In this document: positions 28,544 to 38,206 of the stretch, piece after piece
Numbering within the stretch: the stretch's first letter is position 1
Layout: each line of letters starts with the position of its first letter
The notes under the pieces: model-generated
The model's input: the letters and a program-made list of their open reading frames with translations, nothing else
The model's database searches: none
What the model was told of the DNA's origin: nothing
NCBI GenBank assembly: GCA_963727625.1
Contig: CAVSHR010000002.1
Span: 384,001 to 448,000 of the forward strand
Reading direction: 5' to 3'
Length of the DNA: 64,000 nt
Origin: an uncultured delta proteobacterium
GTDB lineage: Bacteria > Desulfobacterota > Binatia > UBA9968
Made by a program: the position numbers and the translations under genes

Positions 28544-29524
28544 ATGAAAAAGATCGGTTGGTTTTCAGCTCTCGCTTTTTTTCTTGGTGGCTTGGCGACG
28601 ACCTCCCTCGCGGCGGCGGATTTGAAAACGGTGAAGATGGTGATTCCCCGGAGCAGCACCTTCGTGTTGAGCTATTTTGGCGCGCGCGACGCAGGGATTT
28701 TCCGCAAGCACGGCATCGAGGTCGAAGTGGACGCCCGTCCCTTTGCCGGGTTCCTGTCGGCTCTGCCGGGCAGGCAGGTTTTTGTCGGCACCTACGCCGG
28801 TCTCAATGCCATCGATCAGATGAACAACGGCAAGGACATGATCGTCATCGGCGGCGGTTTGACCTCGATGCAAGATGTCTGGGTGCGCAAGGACTCGCCT
28901 TTGAAAAAACTGTCCGATCTCAGAGGCAAGAAGCTCGGCGTCTGGTCGAGAGGCGCCGGCGCCACCAAAGCGCTGGAAGTGCTGTCGATGGACGGTTTCA
29001 AGTTGAATATCAATAAGGATCTCGAAACGATCGAGATCGCCGGCCCCGCTCTGGCGGCCCTGTTGGACAGGGGTGAAGTGGATGCGATGTTCAACCTGAG
29101 CTCGCTCTCGATCGCGGCCGCGGCGCAGCCGGACAAGTATCGCGTGCTGTTCAGCCCCGACGATTACTGGAAGGAGAAGACCGGCGCACCGTTGGTCTGG
29201 TCCGCGCCGACCGTTGCCTGGAAGGATTGGATCGACGAGGACCGCCAGCGCGCCAAGAATCTCGTTGACGCGCTGCACGAGTCGTGGCAGTGGCTGCGCC
29301 GGAACTCGGACAAGGCCGTGGAAAAGTACGGCAAGCTCGCCGGCGTGCGGAATGCCGCCGAAGCCGCGACGCTCAAAAAGATGCTCCAGGCGGGCGGCAT
29401 CTTTCTCGACAAGTGGAACCCGAAGATCGTCGATGCGCAGTGGCAGTTTCTCCAGTTGGCCAAAGAAGCGGGCATCATCAAGGCGGTACCCGCCAAAGCT
29501 CAACACTCTTTAATCTTGCGCTAG
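28544..29524 (+). CDS. ABC substrate-binding protein (NMT1/SsuA-like)
   Basis: Signal peptide; GIFRKHGIEVE, SDLRGKKLG, GEVDA. Confidence 0.9.
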   Translation: MKKIGWFSALAFFLGGLATTSLAAADLKTVKMVIPRSSTFVLSYFGARDAGIFRKHGIEVEVDARPFAGFLSALPGRQVFVGTYAGLNAIDQMNNGKDMIVIGGGLTSMQDVWVRKDSPLKKLSDLRGKKLGVWSRGAGATKALEVLSMDGFKLNINKDLETIEIAGPALAALLDRGEVDAMFNLSSLSIAAAAQPDKYRVLFSPDDYWKEKTGAPLVWSAPTVAWKDWIDEDRQRAKNLVDALHESWQWLRRNSDKAVEKYGKLAGVRNAAEAATLKKMLQAGGIFLDKWNPKIVDAQWQFLQLAKEAGIIKAVPAKAQHSLILR

Positions 29525-29537
29525 CGAAAGCGACCTC

Positions 29538-30302
29538 GTGAAGTTCTTCAGGCCAGAAAAATTGCCTGGCCTCCTTTCAATGGTCGGACTTCTGCTGCTG
29601 TGGAAGGCCGTGTCGTGGTTCTTTCTGCCGACTTTTCTCCCATCGCCAGGGGAGCTCCTAGCCAACGTCGTGTCGATATTCAGCAGCCCGTCGGCCTATC
29701 TCGTCGTCGGCAAGACCTTGCAACGAGTCTTTGTCGGACTCATCCTCTCCATGGTTATTGGATCCTCCATGGGCCTGATTATGGGACTGCGCCGGTCGGT
29801 GGGAAGTTTTTTAGATAGCTGGGTCATGGTGCTCTTGACCTTCCCGGCGATCTCGTGGGCGTTTCTCTCCGTGCTCTGGTTCGGTTTGTCCGAAATCGCG
29901 CCGATATTCACCGTTGTGCTGATCGTCTTTCCCTACGTCACGATGAACGTCTGGGAAGGCACCAAAGCGCTGGACAAGGAGCTCACCGACATGGCGACGG
30001 TTTTCCGGGCGAAGCGTTTCTTGTTTCTGCGCAAAGTCTTGATCCCGCAGCTCATGCCTTTTCTATTTTCCTCGCTGCGCATCAGCTTCGCGCTGTCGTG
30101 GAAAATCGCCCTGGTGAGCGAAGCCTTCGGCGCCGGCCGCGGTGTCGGCAAAGAACTGATGTACTGGTTTCAGGGAACGAGGGCCGACATGATGCTCGCC
30201 TGGGGTGCCAGCTTCATGGTGCTGATGGTTTTGATCGACACTCTGGTTCTGCGGCGCTGGGAGAACCGGGTTTTTTCCTGGAGACCCCTAGCGGCGAGAT
30301 GA
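29538..30302 (+). CDS. ABC permease (NitT/TauC)
   Basis: LPSP, ALDKELTDMA..IPQLMP..SWK..SE. Confidence 0.9.
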   Translation: MKFFRPEKLPGLLSMVGLLLLWKAVSWFFLPTFLPSPGELLANVVSIFSSPSAYLVVGKTLQRVFVGLILSMVIGSSMGLIMGLRRSVGSFLDSWVMVLLTFPAISWAFLSVLWFGLSEIAPIFTVVLIVFPYVTMNVWEGTKALDKELTDMATVFRAKRFLFLRKVLIPQLMPFLFSSLRISFALSWKIALVSEAFGAGRGVGKELMYWFQGTRADMMLAWGASFMVLMVLIDTLVLRRWENRVFSWRPLAAR

Positions 30303-31087
30303 GGACAACCATGTCGTCTCAGGCGGTGGTGATCGAAGGGTTGAGCAAAAAGTTTCCGAGCCCCAGCGGGTTCGGCGAATTCGCGGTCATCGAGTCCTTG
30401 AGCCTGCAAATTTCCCGCGGCAGCTTCGCCAGCATCGTCGGACCCTCCGGCTGCGGCAAGAGCACGCTGCTCAATATCATCGCCGGCATCGAACCGCACG
30501 ACTCGGGCGAAGTGCGCATCGTCGCGCAAGATGGCGCCGATTCCGGCGCGCGCATCGGTTACGTGTTTCAGAGCCCGCGATTGCTCAACTGGCTTACCGT
30601 GGAAGACAACCTCAAGTTTGCTCTCGAAGCGCAGAACATCGGTCGCGCCATCTGGGGCGAGCGGGTGCGGAAATATCTCGACATGGTGGGACTCGCCGGG
30701 CAGGAGCGCAATTTTCCGCTCAAGCTTTCCGGCGGCATGCAGCAGAGGGTGGCGATCGCGCGCGCCCTGGCGATCGAGCCCGACATCCTGTTGATGGACG
30801 AGCCGTTCAGCCATCTCGACGAAATTACCGCGCGCAAGATGCGCGTCGACTTGATGCATATTTTAGAGCGCGCCCGGCCGACGATTCTGTTTGTCACCCA
30901 TTCATTGCGCGAAGCGGTTTTCCTCTCGGAAGAAATTTATATGATGAGCGTCAAGCCGGCGCGTGTCTTCAAGCACCTGCGCGTGGATATCCCGCGGCCG
31001 CGCGAGCCGGAGGATTCGCGCTTGTTCGATCTGGAGAAAGACTTGGTCAAGGAATTCTTTGCGGTACTGGAGCAGGACCAGCGATGA
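30299..31087 (+). CDS. ABC ATP-binding protein (NitT/TauB)
   Basis: GPSGCGKST, LSGGMQQR, LLMDEPF. Confidence 0.93.
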   Translation: MRTTMSSQAVVIEGLSKKFPSPSGFGEFAVIESLSLQISRGSFASIVGPSGCGKSTLLNIIAGIEPHDSGEVRIVAQDGADSGARIGYVFQSPRLLNWLTVEDNLKFALEAQNIGRAIWGERVRKYLDMVGLAGQERNFPLKLSGGMQQRVAIARALAIEPDILLMDEPFSHLDEITARKMRVDLMHILERARPTILFVTHSLREAVFLSEEIYMMSVKPARVFKHLRVDIPRPREPEDSRLFDLEKDLVKEFFAVLEQDQR

Positions 31088-31854
31088 ATAAACCGATCTG
31101 GCTGCGCTGTTTGTCGATCGTTTCCTTCCTCGGCGTCTGGTGGGTGGGATCGCTCTTCAGCGCGCCGGAGATTTTGCCCGGCCCGCTCGCCATCGGCGCA
31201 ACGATTGTGAGCAATTTCACCACGCCGGGACCGGAAGACAAAACCGCGGAGTTTCACATCGCCATCACGCTGGCGCGAATATTCTTCACCTTCAGCATCG
31301 CGATGGTGCTGGGCATCGCCCTCGGTTTGATCTTGGGGCTGAGCCGCAAGATGGAAATGGCCTTCGGTTACTTAATTCCGATCTCGTTGACGATTCCGAC
31401 GCTCCTGGCGGTGTTTCTCTGCGTCATGTGGTTCGGCTTCAGCGAGGCTGGGGGGCTCTTTGCCGTGATCATGACGGTCACGCCTTTCGTCACCGTGAAC
31501 ATGCTCGCCGGAACCAAGGCGTTGGACAAAGAGCTGATCGACATGGCCCATGCCTTCAAAGCCAGCCGCAGCCTATTGATCCGCAAGGTGCTGATCTGGC
31601 AGCTCATGCCGTATATTTTTTCGGCCTTTCGCTACGCCTTCGGCATGACCTGGAAGATCGTCGCGCTGGCCGAGACCTTCGGCCTCAAGTATGGCATCGG
31701 CTACATGTTCACGTTTTGGTTCGAGCAGTTCAATATGGCGCAGGTGATGGCATGGATTGTTCTTTTCGTCGCGCTCATGTTGATCCTCGAACACGGCGTG
31801 ATCGCGCGCGTCGAGGAAAAACTCTTTGCCTGGCGCCCGGTGCGCGCGGGTTAG
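31084..31854 (+). CDS. ABC permease (NitT/TauC)
   Basis: LPGP, ALDKELIDMA, WKIVALAE. Confidence 0.9.
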   Translation: MNKPIWLRCLSIVSFLGVWWVGSLFSAPEILPGPLAIGATIVSNFTTPGPEDKTAEFHIAITLARIFFTFSIAMVLGIALGLILGLSRKMEMAFGYLIPISLTIPTLLAVFLCVMWFGFSEAGGLFAVIMTVTPFVTVNMLAGTKALDKELIDMAHAFKASRSLLIRKVLIWQLMPYIFSAFRYAFGMTWKIVALAETFGLKYGIGYMFTFWFEQFNMAQVMAWIVLFVALMLILEHGVIARVEEKLFAWRPVRAG

Positions 31855-31939
31855 CTCGGATCGCGCGCCGCTCCGGCGTTCTGTCGCGAGTCAAACGTTC
31901 GTTAAAATTTTGGGGTTTTCTGGTTTTCCCGTGAAGAAG

Positions 31940-32240
31940 AATTCACCACAGGGATCCAGTGCGGCAAAGCCGCAACCAAAGTCGAAAAAGTCATTCCACC
32001 ACAGAGGCTCAGAGCTCGCAGAGTTCGGAGTTTTTTTTGATACCATTCTTTTATCGGCGTGCTTCGCGTCTCCGCGGTGAGTTTGCTGCTGGACCGATTC
32101 AATTGGCTCGTCGACGGATAAATTGCGTGAGCGGAGAAAACTTTCAACTACAGGAATACAGAGCTCGCAGAGGGTTTGTTCAAGATGCTATTTTTGATTC
32201 GAGTTTCTCCCTGCCTTCCGCGCCTCGGCGGCGCAATCTC
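31940..32240. repeat. Cluster of degenerate REP-like palindromes between convergent ABC operons
   Basis: CACCACAGAGGCTCAGAGCTCGCAGAG...CGTCTCCGCGGTG and a second CAGAGCTCGCAGAG copy. Confidence 0.5.
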
Positions 32241-32495
32241 CGAGCCCTACTTCACAGGAAGACCCGAATTGTAACAGTGTCTTTGGGCCGCCATGCCCGC
32301 GCTCATGGTGGGTCTGGTCGCGACCCATCCTGGATTCCGGGTCGCGCTAGCTATCGCTAGCGTGCCCGGAATGGCGGGTGAATCAGAAGTAAACTCCGGT
32401 CTGGCCGGACTGAGCCGTCGCAGATGGCGCGGAACTCTCTTTCCCTTCAATTGCGAGCGCGATGTTACCCGCAAGAGTGCCGCGGTTCTCGGCGC

Positions 32496-33506
32496 TTACT
32501 TGCCTAGCCGCTTGAGCGCCTCGAGGCGATAGCTGTCGTCGATGAAGTGCTGCGGCGGATAAGATTTGTCGAGACCTTTGTTTTCAACCTCCAGCTTGAT
32601 CACCGTTTCCATGCCTTTGAGGCTTGGTTCCGCGTTATTGTCGATCGGACGCAGCTCCTCCAGGACTTCCTTGTAGGCCTGCTCGGCGTAATTTCTTTTC
32701 ACCTTGAAGTGCTTGATCATGCTCTGAATCGACGCTTCCTTGTTTTTCGGATCATTGAGGAAGCGCATCGCTTTGATCATTGCCATCAGGAAGCGCACGG
32801 TTTGATCTTTGTGGCTAGAGATCCATTTCTCATTGCCGGCGATCACCGTGAATTGATAATCGGGCAGATATTGAGAAATATTCGCCAATACCTTCAGACC
32901 GTCTTCCTTGGCTTGATAGGATGTCGGGATCGTCACCATCGCCGCTGCCACTGCGCCTTTCTTGACCGCGGCGTAGCGCGCCGGCGTGCCACCGACTGTG
33001 AGTAAATCGTAGTCGCCAGGATATTTGAGGCCATGGGCGCCGAGAATCTTCTGCAACAGCACGGTACTCCCGGAAGTAAGATTGATGACGCCCATGGTGC
33101 CGCCTTTGAGATCTTCAACTTTCTTGTATTTCGCGCCGGCGATCATGTCATAGAGCGCCTTGGTAAAATCGCCCCCGATGATTTTGATGGCGGCGCCCTT
33201 GGAAATAGCAACGACGGTGCCCTGAGTATTTCCCGGAAAAAGTAAATTGGTGGAATTCGCCGAAAGCGCCTGCACCGCCTTGGCGACGGAATTGGTTTGG
33301 AACTCGCGCACCTCTAGATTCTGTTGCTTGAAATACCCCTGGTCCCAAGCAACCCAGCGGGGCCAGTGATCGCCGGCGGTGGAGAGAATCCCGAGTTTGA
33401 TTTCGTCGGCCGCCCACAGCCGGTCGGTAAATTTGCCAACGACGGTTAGAACGAGCATGACGCACAACCCGATCGCCGTTTTTTTCACAAGCGTTAAAGA
33501 GACCAT
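32496..33506 (-). CDS. ABC substrate-binding protein (NMT1-like)
   Basis: Signal peptide; QGYFKQQNLEV, EDLKGG, VGGTPARYAA. Confidence 0.9.
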   Translation of the reverse strand: MVSLTLVKKTAIGLCVMLVLTVVGKFTDRLWAADEIKLGILSTAGDHWPRWVAWDQGYFKQQNLEVREFQTNSVAKAVQALSANSTNLLFPGNTQGTVVAISKGAAIKIIGGDFTKALYDMIAGAKYKKVEDLKGGTMGVINLTSGSTVLLQKILGAHGLKYPGDYDLLTVGGTPARYAAVKKGAVAAAMVTIPTSYQAKEDGLKVLANISQYLPDYQFTVIAGNEKWISSHKDQTVRFLMAMIKAMRFLNDPKNKEASIQSMIKHFKVKRNYAEQAYKEVLEELRPIDNNAEPSLKGMETVIKLEVENKGLDKSYPPQHFIDDSYRLEALKRLGK

Positions 33507-33545
33507 GATTTTTCCTCCCTTTCTAAATAAAACTTTTGAACCCGA

Positions 33546-34328
33546 TTAGATCTTCGACCCATACCAAGGCGCGATCCTTCGCTCCGCGTACTTGAGAATC
33601 TCGAAGGTGACGTAGCCGCCGATGGCGAGCAGCACCACGCCGACGAACGCGTCCGCCGTCCGGAACGATTCCGACGCGGCCGAAATGAGATAGCCGATGC
33701 CGGCGCGCGAGCCGAAAAACTCGCTCACGATGGCTCCCACGATCGCCCGTCCGACGCTCAGGCGCAGGCCGGTCATCACCATAGGAATCGAGCTCGGCGC
33801 GGTCACCTTGAAAAAAATTTGCCGCGGCGTGCCGCCGAAGGCGCGCACGGCCTCAACCAGCCGGGCATCCACAGTGGTGATGCCGGTGTAGGTGTTGAAC
33901 AAGACCGGAAAGACCGCGGAGATGAACACGATGGCGATCTTTGAGACGATGCCGACGCCGAGGGCGGTGATGAAAAGCGGCGCGAGCAAGATGACCGGGG
34001 CGTTGTAGGCGATCGTCACCCAGGGATTGATGACGTTCTTGATCGCGCGGTTGAGCGCCATGACGATGCCGAGGGCGATGCCGACCACGGCGCCGACGGA
34101 GTAGCCCAGAATGAATTCGACAAAGGTCGCGTGCACGTGGCGCGCGATTTCGCCGCGCGCGAGCAATTTAACGAAGGCTTCGGCGATGCGCACCGGGCCG
34201 ACGGACACGAGAGGATTTTGGATCAGAAACGCGTCGACCAGTTGCCAGATCCCAAGCCCCGCGACGACCGATAGGACGGCGTCAAATTGCTTCTCGTGCG
34301 CGCGGTAGACATTCACGACGGCGCTCAT
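33546..34328 (-). CDS. ABC permease
   Basis: MSAVVNV..; LVEAVRAFG, LRLSVGRA..SEFFG. Confidence 0.9.
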   Translation of the reverse strand: MSAVVNVYRAHEKQFDAVLSVVAGLGIWQLVDAFLIQNPLVSVGPVRIAEAFVKLLARGEIARHVHATFVEFILGYSVGAVVGIALGIVMALNRAIKNVINPWVTIAYNAPVILLAPLFITALGVGIVSKIAIVFISAVFPVLFNTYTGITTVDARLVEAVRAFGGTPRQIFFKVTAPSSIPMVMTGLRLSVGRAIVGAIVSEFFGSRAGIGYLISAASESFRTADAFVGVVLLAIGGYVTFEILKYAERRIAPWYGSKI

Positions 34329-34330
34329 GA

Positions 34331-35182
34331 TTATTCCATCTCCATGCCCCGGACCTGTTGCTGCAACTGATGCGTGTACCAGGGAGAGAGCCAGCTTTGC
34401 AGTTTTTCCAACGCGACAAACGCCGCGATGCCAAAAACGACCAGGACGACGATCCCCACGAATACCGGACCCGGCATGAAAAGCTGGGAATAGAGATAGA
34501 CCATGAAGCCAAGCCCTGCCTCGGCGCCGAACAGCTCCGCTACCACGACCCCGATCACGGCGCGGCCGACCGCAAGGCGCATGCCGGCGATAATCGCAGG
34601 AGTGGCATCGGGAATCATGACTTTGAAAAATATTTGCCGCGGCGAGCCGCCGAAGGCGCGGACGACATCGACCAGATTCTGCCGGACCGATTTGATACCG
34701 GTGTAGGTATTCAGCAAAATCGGAAAGACCGCGCCGAGAAAGACGATCAGCGAGCTCGGCAGAATGCCCAAGCCGAACCACACCACAACGATCGGCGCCA
34801 GGGCAACGCGCGGCGTAGCGTAGATGCACGATACCCAGGGATCGAGGAAGTTGTTGATCTTGTCCTGGGTCGCCATCAGGAAACCGAACGGCACGCCGAC
34901 AACGATCGCCAGAAGAAATCCATCGAAAAATTCCAGGAAGCTGAAGTAACAATTTCTCACCAGCTCGCCGTTCTGGTAAAGCTCCGCGAAGGATTGCGCG
35001 ACTTGCCAAGGCGAAGCGAAAAAATGATTGATCGCGTAGGCCTGAAAATAAACCGTACGGGCCAGCCCATCGTAAAATAATTGCCACAGAACGATGCCGC
35101 CGAGCACAGACAGGGCACCGGTCATCTGCGGCACGCGCCACCCGCTGGGAATGAGCGGCGCTGTTTTCGCCGCGGCCCTCAC
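34331..35182 (-). CDS. ABC permease
   Basis: GTG overlapping the ATPase stop; YATPRVALAP, MRLAVGRA..AELFG. Confidence 0.88.
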   Translation of the reverse strand: MRAAAKTAPLIPSGWRVPQMTGALSVLGGIVLWQLFYDGLARTVYFQAYAINHFFASPWQVAQSFAELYQNGELVRNCYFSFLEFFDGFLLAIVVGVPFGFLMATQDKINNFLDPWVSCIYATPRVALAPIVVVWFGLGILPSSLIVFLGAVFPILLNTYTGIKSVRQNLVDVVRAFGGSPRQIFFKVMIPDATPAIIAGMRLAVGRAVIGVVVAELFGAEAGLGFMVYLYSQLFMPGPVFVGIVVLVVFGIAAFVALEKLQSWLSPWYTHQLQQQVRGMEME

Positions 35183-35997
35183 AAAATCCCTTCTTCCTTT
35201 TCTCGGCCCATGGATTTTAATACCTCTTCCTGAATCAGGTTCCAGACCTGATCGGCCAGATCGAGAAATTTCTGGCTGCGCTTGACCGTCAGCGCGCGCG
35301 GGCGCGGCAGGTCGACTCTGACGATCTCGCGGATCCTGGCGGGCCGCGCGGAAAAAACCACGACGCGGTCGGATAGATAAATCGCTTCCTCGATCTGGTG
35401 CGTGACGAAGATCACGGTTTTGCGCGTCTGGCGCCACATCTTGAGCAGCTCGGCTTGCATGATCTCGCGGGTCTGGGCGTCCAGCGAAGCGAAAGGCTCA
35501 TCCATCAAAAGGATTTCCGGATCGACGATCAGCGCACGTGCCAGATTGACGCGCTGCTGCATGCCGCCGGAAAGCTCGTGCGGGTAGTGCTGCTCAAAGC
35601 CTTTTAGCCCGACCAGGGCGATATATTCCTCGGCCTTTTTACGCGCCTCTTTTTTGTTAGCGCCCTGGAGCTCGAGGCCCAGGATGACGTTGTCGATGAC
35701 CGTGCGCCAAAGCAACAAAGACGAGTCTTGGAAAACGAAGCCCTTGTCCGGTCCCGGTTTGATGACGGCCCTGCCGTCGAGCAGGATTTCGCCCTCGTCG
35801 CGGGGAATCAGGCCGTCGAGGATGCGCAGGAAGGTGGTCTTGCCGCAGCCGCTCGGGCCGACCAAAGAGATAAATTCCGAGGGATGAACCTCGAAGGAAA
35901 TGTCGTCGAACACCTGGATCGGCTCCGCCGATCGCTGGCTGCGAAAACTCTTGCGCAAGTTTTGTACGACGAGTTTCGATGCTGGATTCGGTGTCAT
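35179..35997 (-). CDS. ABC ATP-binding protein
   Basis: GPSGCGKTT, LSGGMQQR, LMDEPF. Confidence 0.93.
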   Translation of the reverse strand: MTPNPASKLVVQNLRKSFRSQRSAEPIQVFDDISFEVHPSEFISLVGPSGCGKTTFLRILDGLIPRDEGEILLDGRAVIKPGPDKGFVFQDSSLLLWRTVIDNVILGLELQGANKKEARKKAEEYIALVGLKGFEQHYPHELSGGMQQRVNLARALIVDPEILLMDEPFASLDAQTREIMQAELLKMWRQTRKTVIFVTHQIEEAIYLSDRVVVFSARPARIREIVRVDLPRPRALTVKRSQKFLDLADQVWNLIQEEVLKSMGREKEEGIL

Positions 35998-36233
35998 GTT
36001 GGCTTCACGGCGTACGGCGCTTTATGAAGCCTCTATATACCAACTGGTCTTACAGTCAAGGTGATTTTGCAAACGGCACGCGGTGGTTGTTGCGGTCCGC
36101 CGCGGGGCTTTGCTAATTTCGGCGCATCACGAACGCCGCGCCGCGAAGGTCGCGAATCGCCAAGAACGAACGCGTTGCCAGGATAGCCCGCCTGGTGCTA
36201 GGCTTCTCAAAGAAACAGGAAGGAGCGGCCATC

Positions 36234-37046
36234 ATGCTGGAATCGGTCACTGTCGATATTCCTTACACCGTGGACAGCGGTGAAAAGCTCGTGAACGAGA
36301 CTTTCGGGCCGAACAATATTCGCCGCAGCCGGACCGGCACCGACGACAAAAAGCAGATGACTGTCGCCAACGGCCGGCTGCTCGCCGATCGTTTCTCGTT
36401 GGACGAAAACGGTTTCGTCTTCGTCGAGCACAAGACCCAGGTCACCGACTTTTTCAACGCGGAGCAGTTGAAGACGGTGTACTACCCGGAGGTCGAGGAG
36501 CTGATTAAAAAATTCTCGGGCGCGTCGCGCGTGGCGATCTTTGATCACACGCTGCGCTCCGGCGACGAATCGGAGCGGGAGGAAAAGCTCATCCGCGAGC
36601 CGGTGCTCTCGGCGCACAACGACTACACCGAATGGTCCGGGCCTAACCGGGTGCGCGAGTTTCTCCCCGACGAAGCCGACGAGTTGCTCAAGCACCGTTT
36701 CGCGATCATCCAGGTGTGGCGCGCGATCAATCGGCCGATCCAAGCCAACCCGCTCGCGCTCGCCGACGCCAAAAGCGTCGTGTTTGACGATCTTCTCGTG
36801 GCGGAGCGCCGCTACCCGCACCGGGTCGGGCAGACTTATCGTTTGAAATTCAATCCCAATCACCGCTGGTTTTATTTTCCCGAAATGCGCCGCGACGAAG
36901 CGCTGGTGTTCAAAGTCTACGACTCGGAAAAAGATGGCCGCGCCCGCTTCACGCCGCACACCTCGTTCGCCGATCCCAACTCGCCGCCCAACGCCCCGGC
37001 GCGGCAGAGCATCGAAGCGCGGGCGTTCGCGTTTTTTACAGCTTAA
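36234..37046 (+). CDS. CmcJ/NvfI-like Fe(II)/2-oxoglutarate-type oxidoreductase
   Basis: FSLDENGF, YYPE, FDHTLR, AHNDYT, QVWR, PLALAD, TPHTSF, RQSIE. Confidence 0.8.
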   Translation: MLESVTVDIPYTVDSGEKLVNETFGPNNIRRSRTGTDDKKQMTVANGRLLADRFSLDENGFVFVEHKTQVTDFFNAEQLKTVYYPEVEELIKKFSGASRVAIFDHTLRSGDESEREEKLIREPVLSAHNDYTEWSGPNRVREFLPDEADELLKHRFAIIQVWRAINRPIQANPLALADAKSVVFDDLLVAERRYPHRVGQTYRLKFNPNHRWFYFPEMRRDEALVFKVYDSEKDGRARFTPHTSFADPNSPPNAPARQSIEARAFAFFTA

Positions 37047-37240
37047 CTTGTAAGCACCAAAAATAATGACTTATCCCAAAAACTCTTCATAACGATTTCT
37101 CGCGGCGTTCACCCTACCGGCGAATTTGTTGATTAACTTTTTTCGGCGACTGTCAACAATTTTGACCTGTAAAGCGGCAAATCAGAGCATTCCCATGGTC
37201 TGACGCCATTGAGGTATTGCGCTTACACGCTACGCGGTTT

Positions 37241-38206
37241 CTAGATTTCTGCCGAGGTTTGAACTGTGAAATGTTTTTGTGCCCAGGCCACGCGAAGCTC
37301 GGGTGTGGAAAAAATTTCTTGCGGCGCTTGATCGACCTGATTCAAGCGACCCCACAGTCCCGCGCCATTCGCCAGTTGTATGGCGAGCCCGGGACGCGCG
37401 TTGAGTTCGAGGAGCACCGGGCCGAGCCGGCAGTCGATCACCAGATCGACGCCCAGATAGCCCAGCCCGGTCATTTCCATCGCCGCGGCTGCCATGAGCA
37501 GCATTTTCTCCCAATAGGGAACGGCGATGCCCGCTACCGGTTTTTGCGTGTCCGGGTGGTGCGTGATGACCTTCGCGCGGCGCACTGCCTTGAGCGTCAA
37601 TCCCGTGCCGATGTCGATGCCGGCACCGATGGCGCCGCGATGGAGGTTGGCCTTGCCGTCGGATGCGAGAGTAGGCAGGCGGACCATGCTCATGACCGGG
37701 ACGCCGCGGTAGACGACGATGCGCATATCGGGGACGCCGCGATAACTCACTTCGGCAAACACCGGATCGGGCTCGACCAAGGCTTCGACGATTGCCGCGT
37801 CGGGTACCCCGCCGAGGGAAAATATCCCGGAAAGCACGTCGGAAAAATGAAAGGCCAGCTCGTCCCAGGACAAAACTTGGCCGCTTGATTTGACAAATCG
37901 ACCGTCGGTGAAATCCGTGATGATGAAGATGCCGCTGCCGCCGGCACCCCGCGCTGGTTTGACGACGAAGCGGCCGAGCGCCGCGAGTTTATCGCGGAGC
38001 TTGCTCACGTCGCCTTGATGCGCGACGACGCAATGGGTTTGCGGCGTCGGGACGCCATGCTTCTCGGCTAGCGATTTGGTGAGGACTTTGTTGTCCACCA
38101 GCGGGAAGGCCGAGCGCGGGTTGCAGCGCATAATATATTCGGCGTTGCGGCGGTTCATGTTCAAGACCCCGGCCTCGGTCAGTTCACGAAAGGCATTTAA
38201 CATCAT
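37241..38206 (-). CDS. Alpha-L-glutamate ligase-like ATP-grasp protein
   Basis: MNRRN..NPR..VDNK, FVVKP, GVPDMR, RLPT..GKANLH, LELNARPGL. Confidence 0.9.
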   Translation of the reverse strand: MMLNAFRELTEAGVLNMNRRNAEYIMRCNPRSAFPLVDNKVLTKSLAEKHGVPTPQTHCVVAHQGDVSKLRDKLAALGRFVVKPARGAGGSGIFIITDFTDGRFVKSSGQVLSWDELAFHFSDVLSGIFSLGGVPDAAIVEALVEPDPVFAEVSYRGVPDMRIVVYRGVPVMSMVRLPTLASDGKANLHRGAIGAGIDIGTGLTLKAVRRAKVITHHPDTQKPVAGIAVPYWEKMLLMAAAAMEMTGLGYLGVDLVIDCRLGPVLLELNARPGLAIQLANGAGLWGRLNQVDQAPQEIFSTPELRVAWAQKHFTVQTSAEI